Source: the human T2T-CHM13v2.0 reference genome, Homo sapiens
DNA length: 64,000 nt
Direction: 5' to 3' (one strand)
Assembly (NCBI RefSeq): GCF_009914755.1
Contig: NC_060944.1
Part shown: piece after piece, positions 10,429-23,500 of the stretch
How positions within the stretch are numbered: the stretch's first letter is position 1
How the letters are laid out: each line of letters begins with the position of its first letter
Translations under genes and position numbers: made by a program
Notes under the pieces: generated by a model
The model's database searches: none
The model's input: the letters and a program-made list of their open reading frames with translations, nothing else
What the model was told of the DNA's origin: nothing

Positions 10429-11745
10429 CCGTAACATGGAAAATCCCTTAAATTGCCAGGCTCTTATAATTGCAAAACAATTATAGTCATCAATTCTGAT
10501 GGAAGGAAGATGTTGAATTTTGTGAGCCTTTCCCCTTCTCTGATTGTTTTAACCAAATATGATAAATAACCTGTGGAATATATGACAAAATGTCCCTTAA
10601 TAACAAATTTCTCCCTTTCAGTGTAAAATTATCTGGAAAAAAGTCTCCTTTTTGCACAGCCCCTTGGGAGCCATTAACATGGCATTCTACAGTAATCCAA
10701 AATGTGCAGAAGAAAGTGAGGTACATTTACTTAAAATTAGCTCCACAGTGTAGTACAACTATTTCCAGCATTCATCATTGTTAATGACTATAATTGATGG
10801 CTGAAAATAGAACCCTCAAATGAGAATAATGTCCAAATTCACACACGCACACTAATTGGGAATTGTTCAGCCTGTGAGCATGGCAGCCAGATGCACCCCA
10901 CACTTCGACTTCTTTCTTCAATTCAGTTCTACACTGTACTTCATTAATGCTTAAGGCTTTAAACCGCTGCCCTTGTTTAACACATGACAGTTTTTATGTG
11001 TGGAAATGTTCTATGCATGTAGGGGTGTGGGAAGCAGACACAAACATTCTGATTTAATTCACTGGAATTCTGTGGCAAATCAGCTCAAAATGCCTTAGGG
11101 AAAGATCCTGTATTGACTTTAATTGTTCCTAATATGAAGGATTGAGAAACGTGCTTTGAGTGCTTTTGGGTTTATATGTAAACTAGGAAGGGAAAATAAG
11201 AAAATGGAATGAACATAGCAAAGAAAGATATTCTTAAAACAGGGCTGTTGCTCTTTATAGAAAATAAAGGTTTAAAGCAGCCAAGTACTTGATTTACCAA
11301 GCAGGACTGACTCATCTTCATCAGTGGAGAGCCCCAATACCTAAGGTACATTTTTAATATAAGAAATTAACATCATTATAAATAGATTTCTGTGTTGCTG
11401 TTCTCCAAATTCATCTCATTAAAAACGTGACCATTAATTGATGATCATCCTTGAGTCACTCACTCTTATCGTCACTGGTTTCTTGGTCTGATACTAAGAG
11501 GAGGCCAGGATGTGCAGTAAACTGTATTTATTTCCAGTGCTTCCCCTTTCCAGGTGACTTTGGGTAACTCCTGCAAAGTCTGATCTTCAGGCCCCTCAAT
11601 TAAAATGATAGGATTGGAATTAGATTATCTACCCAGCTCTTTGAATACTGCAATTCAGTGAGTCTATAACACAGAAACTTACCTGTGTCCTGTAAAGTTA
11701 AATTAGATTTTGCCTTCACCGCTTACTATAAAGCATACAGAATTA

Positions 11746-12052
<307 letters not shown>

Positions 12053-12389
12053 CTATGGTTTTCATTGCCTTATCCGTTGCCCCGGTTAGATTCACCCCTC
12101 TCCCTTTGTGCTGCCATAGCTTCCCCATATACATTGCTTGCATCTCATCATATACAAGTCTGTCCAGTTTCAATTAATTTTTGTTTATTATCGACTGACT
12201 CCTCTACTTAACGAGGATTTCTTCAATGGTTATTATTCTATCTAACCATCTTTGTAACCCTGAAGGTTGGCACATATTAGACACTCTGATGATTTAAACA
12301 GTTTCATAGATTTTTTTGCTTAAACATTTTGTAGTAAAACATTTTGTTTTGTTTTGTAAAAAATGTTTATTTTTGTTAGTTAAACATTT

Positions 12390-12899
12390 TGTGGTAGCCA
12401 GCCTTAACCATGGCCCCATGACTCTCCCCCACTGACATTCATGGCTCATGAATATCGTACTCCCCTCCCATTTCAATCATGGCTAACGATGAGGCCAATA
12501 GAATATGGTAGAAGCGATGATGTTTCCTTTTTGAGGCTAAGTTATAAAAGGCTTTTGCAGCTTCTGGCTGGTCTTGTGTACCTCTCCCTCTGGAGGAAGC
12601 CAACCTTCATGCCATTAGGATACTCAAGCAACCCTGCAGACAATCTCAATTGGAGAGGATCCAGGGCCTCCTGCCAAGAGCCAGCATCAAATTCTCAGCC
12701 ATGTGAATACCACTTTGTAAACAAACCTTTCAATCTTTGTCAGTCCTACAGATAGCTGTAGCCTCAATATTTGACTAAAACCTGTTAGCCAAGCCATTTC
12801 CAAATTCCTATAGAAACTGAAAGATAATAAATAATAATTATTGTTTTCAGTAATTACTTATTGAAATTATTTATTATTTGGCAATACATAATTAATACA
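12390..12899 (+). mobile_element. MaLR LTR (MLT1E/F-like)
   Basis: tgtggtagccagcc...gaggctaagttataaaagg...ggcaatacataattaataca. Confidence 0.75.
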
Positions 12900-13249
12900 A
12901 ATTTCTTCCTCCCCCCTTTTCCATGGGAACCAATATTATGGAGTTAAAAAAAATGGGTTTGCCATTGAAATCTTGCCTGATACTTAATATCAATATGAAT
13001 AATGTATTATGAATAGTAACAGCTATTGGCATTATTATTAATGTATTAGCACCATTAACTATTATATTATTCATTCTAATTAACATAGCCAGATGATTGG
13101 TATGCAATTAATGTAGTAAATTAGTAATAATATCATTGGTATGTTGTTAAAACACTAATGTTTGGATGACAATACTAACAATAATTATTAATATCAATTA
13201 TTATATCTATTTGTAAGTGATAGAATAATTATAATATTATATCTACATG

Positions 13250-13530
13250 TATGTGAAATATTATGATCCCTATTTGAATAATGAGGAAACTGAAGCTTAG
13301 AGCAGTTAATTTGTCCAAAGTCAATCAACTCGTATAATAATGAGTTATGACTCCAGGCTAGATTCATCTTAAGCATCAAAAACTAGCACTAGAGCTTTGA
13401 GTTTCCTCATCTACACAATTGGTACAGCAATACTTAATATGCACTGTGCTTGTGGGGATTAAATGAGATGAAACCTGTAAAGTTGCTTGCAGAATGCCTA
13501 GAAAAGCCACATGCATCAAATGCCAGTTTA
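13250..13530. mobile_element. Two inverted MIR fragments (- then +)
   Basis: MIR core atgaggaaactgaagcttagag on one side and gtttcctcatct...attaaatgagatg on the other. Confidence 0.7.
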
Positions 13531-15466
13531 TCTCTCTTCCCTCCACAATCTGCTCTGTTTCTAAGAAGCCCCTGGGAACACAGGCCATTAGGCAGAGCTG
13601 TCAGAAGCAGAAGCCTCAGATCAAGTCCATTTCCACATGGGACCCCAGGTCCTGAAATTGTGCAATGAGGGTGACTCTTAATATTTCCTGTGGAAGAAGT
13701 AAGGTTACAACTCAGTCTTTTGCCTTTCTCAAACTCAGGCTGAGTATCTAATAATAGTGACGTTTTACCTTTTGATAGTACTCTGGAGATTACAGAACTG
13801 TTTCCATTTTCTACTTAGGAGAGGGTAAATGGATTTGATGCAGATGTGAATCAGATTGGCCATGGAATGAAAGTTGGAAAGTATTTGTGGCAACAAACCC
13901 CTTATGACTGACACACACACTCCTTCCTTAAAACCTTTATCTTCTGCAGAAGCAATCTCATTACAACCAATTGGTGGTCAGTTACACAGAATGGAGTCAT
14001 AAGAGTCATTATCTATGGGATGTTTTTTCCTTTATTCACAATGAAGACATAATCTTTTTAGAGAGAAATACAATTCTCTCCAGATATATAACAAAATATA
14101 TCTACTGATGTTGGTTTAGTTTCATGTGGTTGACAAGAAAAAGCATTCATTTACCTGAATACGCAGCTCAATTTTAAAATAATTTCTGTAATTTTATTAT
14201 AATTCACAGAGCTGCTTTTATTCATTTTACAAATTGCTTTCAAAGCATAAATGATGTATTGAAAGGGATTGACTATCCGTAATAGCTCTGATGTGTGAGT
14301 GGCTGGTGGACTTACCACTTTAACATGATCTGGCATCAACCTCCATGAGCTGCGCAGTAAGAATAGCAATACCAAATTGTGGTAAACCTCAAGAGTTTTC
14401 AAGGAAGCAATATGGGTCTAATTGGGCAGAAGCTTAGCAAGTAGACCACAGCTATTTCTTTGTAGAAAGTCCAGTTGTGTATTACAAAGATTGTGCCTAT
14501 AAGGTTTGCCTTGCTAAATGGAAACCACAAGGAATGGGCCTTTGGATGTCTTCTTGAATCAGAGCATTAAAGGGACTTAGCTGGAGTTCAATAAGGATAA
14601 CATTTTTTTCTTTGCAAAAATATGAGCTGTGTGCACCAGCACACATATGTACTTGGTCTGCAGGCTTCTCTCTAGGTTGCCAAGAAAATAGGTTTTGATG
14701 GACAGGGCTGTACCATGAAGGATAGTAGACGAAAAAAAAGATATTAAAGGAAGCCCCCTTTTTAACCTTTAAACAAAGTTAAACATGCAGTGTTTCTTAA
14801 TATTGTTTAACCATAAATGCCTTTTCAAAAGTATAATATGCACTAAGATTTGCTCTGTGGAACTTGCTTGGGTAATCGGATCTTTTAAAAGAGAGAGAAA
14901 TTCTGTGGAGTGAGACACAGAAAATCTTATTGAATGGGACCCCTTTTCTCCGTGTGGGAATGAACTGGTCTCTCAACTTTCTCCTTAGCTAACTGTCTGC
15001 AACACTACAGACTCGTATCTACCTCCAACATGAGCCTCTCTTGTCCTCACAAGAACCCCTCGAGGGCTCTACTGTGTCCTCAGTAGCAGACACTGTATCA
15101 TGTTCAGGTGCTTGTCTGTTTTTTTGATCACTAGCCCCATCAATCTGTTTTTTTCCAACTTGCCGCATTCTACACATTTTCCTCCTCAGGTCACCAAAGT
15201 GCAGCCTTTCATTTCTACCTTCAGAAACTCAAGAGTTTCTGGAAACTTGATTTGCCCCATATTATTAACAAAACAATTTTATTAACATATATATTGGCCT
15301 CTGAGCTGCTTCTGACCACAGACACCTTAGGTTCCTCTTGGTTACAAAAGCTGTGGTCTATCTCTGATGATGTACGAAAGAAGCTGATGCTTATCCTGTG
15401 GTTGTTGGTCCTAACCTCCTGTTTAGTCTTTTTGTAATTTGAATCTCATGCAACTTTTGTGATACT

Positions 15467-15504
15467 CTTAGCCCATCATCAACTGCTTAGCCCATCATCA
15501 ATTG
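15467..15504. repeat. 19-bp tandem duplication
   Basis: cttagcccatcatcaactg / cttagcccatcatcaattg. Confidence 0.9.
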
Positions 15505-16854
15505 AAAATAATCAGATATCCTAAAATCATCAGCCAGCGAACTTTTCAGATTGTTGGCACTTGAGTTTTTGTAGCACTAAGTAGGAACTATCACCTTACC
15601 CCAGTGTCATAAATCTATGGGACTAAAAATTTTGAGAAAAACTCATATACCGTATTATATTCAATACTCCAGAGATCTACTCAGGTTAATTTTCTTGTCA
15701 AGATTGGGCAGCTTTTGACCTAGAATATCAAGCTTTTTTTTTTCTATGGGGCTGTGGTACATTCCATTCTTTCCTTTTAATTTAGTAACACTTGGATTTC
15801 CTCTCTAATAAGGAACAAAGTAAACAATAAACTCAGAAGCTCCCAATGCTCTTCAGTGTAGGAGAAATTATTTCACATTACCAGGGAAGAGAAGGAAGTT
15901 GCTTTTATCCTAATACTGATATTCTCATTTCTTATCTTTCTATGCAAAATGTTTAATGTTTCCATCTTGTGGAGCCCTTAATTACATCCTTACCAGATGT
16001 GATGCAAAAATTAAGCATCAGTTAGCTTTTTCTGGATTGCACACATCCTTAAATTCTGTTTTCAGATCACTGCAACTTAACTTTGTGATTTATATTGGAA
16101 AGATAGCTTTGGGGGTTCATTTCACTTCATTATTCTTCAGCAATTGTATTTCATCCCCTTAGCTATTTCTATGGCAATTGTGCTCTGTTGAGAAGAGATT
16201 GACCAGTGTTGCTACATCACAATGACTGTGAGATAAAATCCGGTAGAGCACAGCTAGATTTTGATGAGTTTTTGGATCCCACACGCACAAAAGCAGCATA
16301 GGAAAATAAAAGTGATAAGCATCATTTTTTGCATTCAAAGTTGTTCTGATATAAGACAGACTGAACCTTTTAAATAAATACATCAATAAAATGGACTAAT
16401 GCAACTGTAAGCTTGTAGTCTGGTTTCATTTGATAAAAGCATTTATAAAAATAAGAATGATTTCCCAGAAGTCAGTTGTTAGTATAAGAGGTACAATGGA
16501 AAGCCCAGACAGTTTGGAGGACGGCTTTGGGTACTCAACTCATACATGTGTATGCATATGTAAACTGTGTGCTTATATATGGATATGACTATAGATATAG
16601 ACATATGCACTGTCTTTTGCCCAAATTATTTCCTGTTATGTTTATTGGTAATATTTGCCTCATTCTACATGTAGAATTCCTATTTCAGCTTAAATCTCAA
16701 ATGTTAGTGAAAGCCTAATTTTTTATCCATCATTTCTCAAAAAAGGCTCCTTACAATATATCTCTTCATGAAGAGAAGAAACAGAAGCATCCCTTGAGAG
16801 GAAATATAGCATTACACTTGTGAGCAAGGACTATGGACAAGATTGCCCAAGTTC

Positions 16855-17450
16855 ATCTCTTTCATCACATGATGAACCGAACCATTGGCCCCCGTTCTCA
16901 GTGGCTCTGTATGCCTATATCCTTGCCATGGTCTCATTGTGAGAAAAGAGTACATCCCGATTCCTTGACTTTTTCCTTGGCTCTGTGACTTCTGTCGGCT
17001 TACTGAAAGGTGACGGAAGTGAGGCTAAGTTAGTTCCAAGGCTGGGCCTCGTAAGACCTTGTGCATTTTCACTTTCTGCTCTTGGCACTGCCATGAGACT
17101 ATTGACTTGATAACTCATTAGTCCAGAGGGGATAAGAAACATGTGAAACAGAATTGCCCCAGCCCACCTATGGTACAAAGCCCAGCTGCCCCAACTGTCA
17201 TAGCCTAAATCAGAAGCTCCCATCCATTCTCAGTCTAGATTTGGTGAACCTCAGCTGACCACATATCATCTATAAGAAGTATAATGAAAATCCCAGGTAT
17301 TTGAGGGACTGCTTTGGATAATAACAACACAAACATATATATGAATGTGTGTAGTTCATATGTCTATATATCATCATTGTGAGAATCATTCTGTATTATT
17401 ATATTACATTGTAATTTTGTGATTATTTATTATGTTGCAATAGCTGAAAA
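16855..17450 (+). mobile_element. Old MaLR LTR (MLT1I/J-like) inserted in a MIR
   Basis: gttccaaggctgggcctcgtaagaccttgtgcatttt...gccatgaga. MIR pieces at ~16820-16855 and 17455-17660. Confidence 0.55.
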
Positions 17451-17454
17451 TGTG

Positions 17455-17660
17455 ACCACCTGTTATCTGTGTAACTTCAGGCAACTTACTTAAACTTTTT
17501 CTGCCTCAGTTCCCTCATCTATGAAATAGAAACAAGAATTATCTACTGGCTCCTAGAATTGTAGCACATATTAATAAGTTAATTTATAATTAAATTTATT
17601 AGACTAATGCCTGAAAAATAGAAACTGATAAATGAATATTACCTATGATTATTTTATCAT
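17455..17660 (+). mobile_element. MIR
   Basis: ggcaacttacttaaactttttctgcctcagttccctcatctatgaaat. Confidence 0.8.
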
Positions 17661-18904
17661 TCTTCTATATTCACTCCTAAAATTTTCTGTGGGACCACTG
17701 TGAAGTCAAACTGCTAGAGAAAGTCTGGCACTGTGGCCATGACAGTGGCTCAAGCCACCACAGAATGTCTGACCAGCCCATGAGCATTTGACAAGCAGCA
17801 GTTACAGCATCTATCCAGCGAGGACAATAAGAACTACTTTACCTGTTGGCAGAAAACAAAGAGGAATATTTTATTTCCCACCACATCTTCACTTCCCATG
17901 TTATGGTGAGCTGGTCAGAAATTAGTGCCATAATTCTTCAGCTTTGCAACTTGCCGGGGACAACATGTGTGGTTGGTTGACTCCAAATTTTTCTCAGCTT
18001 CCCCTGCCCTCTTAAGGAGTGGCAAAAACCAAAAAGCATCCTCCTTTAACTCAAAAATTGTTATCAATTCACAAAAAAAGATCTTTTAGATCTCGACTTA
18101 TATTTGCTAATAAACTATGGCTTCAAAAAATGTCATAAATTATGCCATGCTCACCTATATCTACTTCCACAGAGTTGAACCTGGATGTAAAGGACAAAAT
18201 ATTATTATAAGCCCAAAGGCATTGTGACATCTTAAAATTTTATTGACTGTGAAATAAAAGAATTCCATGACTGAAGAAATGGCTACTGACTGTATAAATT
18301 TCTTAAACTAGTATCAAGTAAAATATAAACACATTGACTAACTCTACTGGAAAAAAATGGAAGCTATAAAAAAATTCATCCATAAACTCTTCCAAGGCAA
18401 GCTGTGAAAGACTCCAGAGCATGCCAAATGTTACCCACATTAGTTAAATTATAGTAAGAATCCCCGCGCACTAAGTCTGAGAGGGATTGTTTTTGTCCTT
18501 ATGAAGAAAAATAAATATGTTTTTCAACAAGAAAACCTTCTGAAGGCTGTTGAAATTTTAATCTTTTAAAAAATGGTTTTACCACATAGCAAAACCTCAA
18601 AGTTGTATTTCACTTTTAAGACTCTCAAAGCATTCCATCCTTGCAATTTCATTTTATCCTCATCTCACATCTGGATATCCTGGTGAGATGGAATGTCTTT
18701 CTCTGTGTTTCACATGCTGGCCTTGATCATGGGTGGCCCACACTAAGTTGTGAGAAACAGAATGAGCTAAGCAAAGGGAAAACAGAAGGGATGTTAAGGC
18801 AGAGAATGATCAAGGGCCATGGCCAAGGAAATACAAGCATATTTTATTACATTTTCAGGCATCAGCATCTAATCATGATGTTGGGGTGGTCCAGGATGGG
18901 GGGG

Positions 18905-19323
18905 TGTATTAGTCCATTCTCACATCGCCATAAAGAAATACCTGAGACTGGGTAATTTAAAAGAAAAGAGGTTTACTTGGCTCAAAATTCTGTAAGCTGT
19001 GCAGGAAGCATCATGCTGGAATCTGCCTGGGTTCTGGGGAGGCCTTAGGAAGCTTACAGTCATGTCAGAAGCCAAAGGGGAAGTAGGCACGTCTTACATG
19101 GTGGAAGCAAGAGAGCAAGTGAGGGGGAGTTGCTGCACACTTTTAAATAACCAGAGCTCGTAAGAACTCACATTGTGAGAACAGTAATTAGGGGATGGTG
19201 CTAAGACATTCATGAGAAATCCACCCCCATGATTCACTCACCTCCCACCAGGCCCCACCTCCAACACTGGAGATTACAATGCAATGTAAGATGTAGGTAG
19301 GGACACAGAGCCAAACCATGTCA
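18905..19323 (-). mobile_element. MSTA-like MaLR solo LTR
   Basis: tgtattagtccattctcac...aaatacctgagactgggtaattt...gggacacagagccaaaccatgtca. Confidence 0.9.
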
Positions 19324-20282
19324 AGGGAGGAGACTTAGAACGATGGTGGGAGGTCTAGGCTGTGGTGCTTGACTAGAAGATTCTGGTGACAGTTTATTAA
19401 GGGAGAGGTAGTTTGTGATGGGTTCAGCTAGATATCCACCCCTGGAAAATAGAGATGCAAAAAATTAAACAAGAGGGTTCAGTTCTACCCCATTTCCTCT
19501 TATATAGTAATGGGACTTGGACTGAATTCAAGGGGTAGAAAATAGGAAGCAAAGACCAGGGAAGAGATGAACAGGAATTGGGTAGGTGTGTTGGGCTTGG
19601 TTGGAAGATGAGGTTGAAAAGACACTAGACACTATGGTCCCAAGAGAAGAGTCCATGAGGTGAGGAGTCTGATGCAAGACTCTATTCCTGGGGCCATAGC
19701 AGCACAATCCAGCAAGAGAGTGACACAAGGCAACATTTAACTCTTTCTTGACCCTATTTCTTAGTATTAAGGACCACCTACTGTCAGGGTAGGCTTTGTG
19801 ACTTCCCAATGCCGGTGGAGCTGGACCTACAGGTGCATGCCACGTCTTTGGGGTCCCTAGGATATACACTGATGGAGCTGTTGGGAAAGGGACAGCATCC
19901 AGAATGTGAGAATAATAGGCCACAGAAACTTCATATTACACCCATTTATTTCAAAGATGAGAAAACAGAGGTCCTTAGTGGCTCTATGATGTATTTGCAG
20001 TCAGGACCCAGAACCAATGAGCCAAAAATCCCGAGACCTTTCATCCTTTTTTTCATCTTTTTTTTTTTTTTTTTGCCTCTGTAAGACACCAAAGAAATTG
20101 GCTAATGTTAATTTGCTTCTTCTCCAGTTCCCTTGCTTATCACATTAATGGGAATATCAGAAACCCACAAAAAGCATCATGTTGGTTGCATTGCTATTTG
20201 AACATCACAAATAATTTGTTTTGAATTCTACTGTTACTCATTTTTGATGCTTGGATTAGAAAGATGGATGTACGGATAGATG

Positions 20283-20305
20283 GTTGGATGGGGGGTGGGT
20301 GGATG

Positions 20306-20350
<45 letters not shown>
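20283..20350 (+). repeat. (GATA)11 tetranucleotide repeat with TGGA-like lead
   Basis: Perfect GATA from 20306 to 20349. Confidence 0.95.
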
Positions 20351-20351
<1 letters not shown>

Positions 20352-20599
20352 GAAATAGACAAATCTGAATTGTAAGTGGTTTGGACACAGTGCATATACC
20401 ACATCTATAAGGCACGTAACACTTTACCTCCTTTGCCCTGGGGGGTTGTGTCATCTCTCAAGAAGTCAACATCTGGCTTTAGTTGATAAGCTAGGTGATT
20501 AACTTTTTATATCAAGATCCACTGCCCAAAATAATTTGACTAGTGATAAACTAAATTTTTATGCAGAATTATTTAGTAGAGTAGGCACCTAGAAAAGAG

Positions 20600-20805
20600 A
20601 CAGGAAACAGTAGACTAGATTTCAGTCACGACCCTTTTCCTCACCACTTGGTGGCACTGAGCTCACCACTTAACCTTGCTGTACCACACTCACCTCCACT
20701 CTGGACACTATGAGTGTAATAGTGACTTAAATGAGGTAATCAACATGAAAAACACTTTGACAATGAAACAGAGTTGCATGCTGATGCCAAGTGGCCTTGT
20801 TATTA
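20600..20805 (+). mobile_element. Degenerate MIR
   Basis: ccacttaaccttgctg...gacttaaatgaggtaatcaacatgaaaaacacttt. Confidence 0.5.
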
Positions 20806-21984
20806 TATGCATTTATCATCACCATTTCCCTATTCTTATTAACTGACTGTGTTAGAACAAGTTCAAAGAAGGCAGGAGCTCATTCCTGGAAGTTGACTCT
20901 ACTTTGTTATTTAGGTAAAGTGTGACTACCGCTTTTTGTAAATGTGCACTGTGAGCAGAGTGACATTTTTCATGTGGATGGTTTATACCAGTTCATGTTC
21001 GTGTGTTGACAGTTATGTTAATTCTATGTGATATTTTCCCTCCAGTGCTTTTGCTTTTGAAACAGCATAATAAAGTGACTTCTGCTAAATAAATAGGCCT
21101 GTTCACAATAACTGATACTTAAGTGAATTTATGCAGGAGGTATTTTGGTCTTGTGGACCAAACTAACTAGCTGCAAATCGATTAACTTCAAGGATCCAGC
21201 AGAGTATTTAGGATAATTTCTGAAGTGCAAATGTAAAAGTCATGGTAGAATTTTTTTTGGCATATGTGTAGAATTTCTACCATGGGCCCATTTAAAAAAT
21301 CAATATCATAATAATTACATCAAAGCAAAAGTAACAGAGCATTATGTGCATGATCAGAAAGCTGCAACTGAGAGGAAAGTCCAACCACTCCAGGAAAATG
21401 AGAAACGTGTAATTAACATCTGCAATTTGCATTGCTCCCTGACACTCCTGAATTTTTATGACAAATCATGCTGTAACCTTTGTAAGTTGGACATCAGTAA
21501 TGGTTGTTTTTTCATGGTTTTAAAGTCAGGAATATGAAGCATCCTCTTTCACAATCACTCATCCCTACTATTGCCTTATATGGATAATCTCAATCCTACC
21601 CCTTACAACCCACCTCACTGTAGTATTCTCTCTTGCCAAACATCTAGCATGCCTGCACATATATGAGTAGCAAAAATGTACATTTCTTAAAGAGAAAACT
21701 GTGAATAGGAGCAGAAACCTAGAACATGTAAATGTTTTGCTGCTGTTGCCAATAAAGGGACTGACAGAATCACTCAATGAATCAACTGACTAGGACTGCA
21801 TTTGGTGACATTATACAAATTCCCTAGGAGGAGCAGGTCTGCCAAGAGTTATGAGAGATGCTATGGTAATATAATTATGAACTCCCTGCAGTCAGGAAGC
21901 TTATAATCCAGGTGGGAAATGACGAACACATAAAATGTCATCATCAACCTATCAAACATCCTTTCTTCCCCTGGGTCCCGGTAA

Positions 21985-22190
21985 CTGCTATCATTTAGTG
22001 AGCATTTGCTGTGTGCTCAACACAATGCAGACATTAATTCATTTACTCCCCCAGATAGCCTAGTGAGGTAATTGAACATGTAAGCCCCATTTTTACGGAC
22101 ATGAAAACTGAGCTTTAGTGAGGTTAAGCAACTTGCCCAAGATTATGCAACTAGTAAGTGGTGACAGTGGGATTTGTAAGTAAGCTCCCA
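21985..22190 (-). mobile_element. MIR
   Basis: ccccatttttacggacatgaaaactgagctttagtgaggttaagcaacttgcccaagatt. Confidence 0.85.
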
Positions 22191-22679
22191 GACTTCACCG
22201 TACACCTAGTGTTGTACTATTTATGAAGGGTCTTATCTTTTCTGTCCAGGAAAGTCTCCTGGAAAACAAGACAATTTCTGTCGTACACATCCTGTGTCCT
22301 TCTCAACCCCCACCATTGTTTGCAGAATGAATGTATACATTCAACTTAATATTTATTGAGTGTCGGCTCTATATTTGATACACAATGGCACATAAAAGGA
22401 TAAGGAAAACTACAAGGCAGTACAAAAATGCCTCATTAAAGACCAGGATGCATGCCAGCTGCATATTTTTTTTTATCAGAAATATCATGATGAAGAATAG
22501 CCTTTTTATAGAAAGCATAAAAATATGTTGCAAGAAGGTTATTTTATGAAAATAACATTAAACTGTAATTGACAATTACCTAGAAGATTCATAAGTGGCA
22601 TCACACTTCATGGCAGTCTTTCACATCATACTCTAGTCAGCTAGTGAAACAACTGCTGTTAAAGTCAAGGTTTTGGAGG

Positions 22680-22842
22680 TATACTGAGTTGAAGAGTGTG
22701 TTCCCCCTAAATTCATGTCTACTGAAATCTCAGAATGTGACCCTGTTTGGAATAGAACCTTTGCAGATATAATTAGTAAAGTTGAGGTCACGCTGGATTA
22801 AGGTAGATCCTAATTCCAATGACTGCTGTTCTTATAAGAAGA
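22680..22842 (+). mobile_element. MLT1B/C-like LTR 5' fragment
   Basis: aattcatgtctactgaaatctcagaatgtgaccctgtttggaatagaacctttgcagatataattag. Confidence 0.75.
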
Positions 22843-23319
22843 TCACCTGAAGAATCTCTGATCACCTCCATAAAAATGTCCAGGACTGAGGAATACTCCC
22901 TAAAAATTCTGATTCTCAGCACCACTTCAAACGCACAACTCATAATATCTATGAAGACGGTCAGTAACTAGGATGTTTACTAAGCACACTAGAAGTTTTT
23001 TGCTCATTACAGTTTGAAAACTATGGCTTTGGGCAGGATGAAGATGTAGAAGACGTAGTGCCTTTCTCTACTGGGTTCACCTTGATCAAGGAAATGAGTC
23101 GTGGAAAGCAGCATAGCAAGGAATAATCTTACTTGTGGCAGTAACCCCCTGTCGAAGTACAAAAGAAAGAGACCACCATGAATGGGAGCAAACTAGATAA
23201 GTGTACTAAGAATTCACAAAATTTTATCTTGGCCTTCAATTTCAGTAAGCACAGCAATCTAAACATGTCCAATAATAGTTTTGCATGCAGACCAAATTAA
23301 GCCTTGATAAGAGTGATAG

Positions 23320-23500
23320 CTACCATATTTTCAACAGTTGCTATGTGATAATTACTTCACACACATCATTTCTTTGAATATTCTGGACAACCCTACCCTA
23401 CAGTATTGGTCTATTATTAGCCCTATTTAACTAATGAAAACAGAGTTTAGAGAAGTTAAGTGATTCACTGGAAGTGGCCAATCCCACACACAAAATTGTG
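23320..23500 (-). mobile_element. MIR
   Basis: tattattagccctatttaactaatgaaaacagagtttagagaagttaagtga. Confidence 0.65.

Noticed and set aside
10644-10726. Possible cryptic exon or cloverleaf (ttttgcacag acceptor; ttttgcaca/tgtgcagaa stem)
   Set aside because: Donors are weak, stems are short, and there are no tRNA A/B boxes.
13895-14400. Scattered palindromes (cttatgact/agtcataag, cttctgcagaag, gcagctc/gagctgc)
   Set aside because: Dispersed and 7-9 bp; not clearly above chance without computation.
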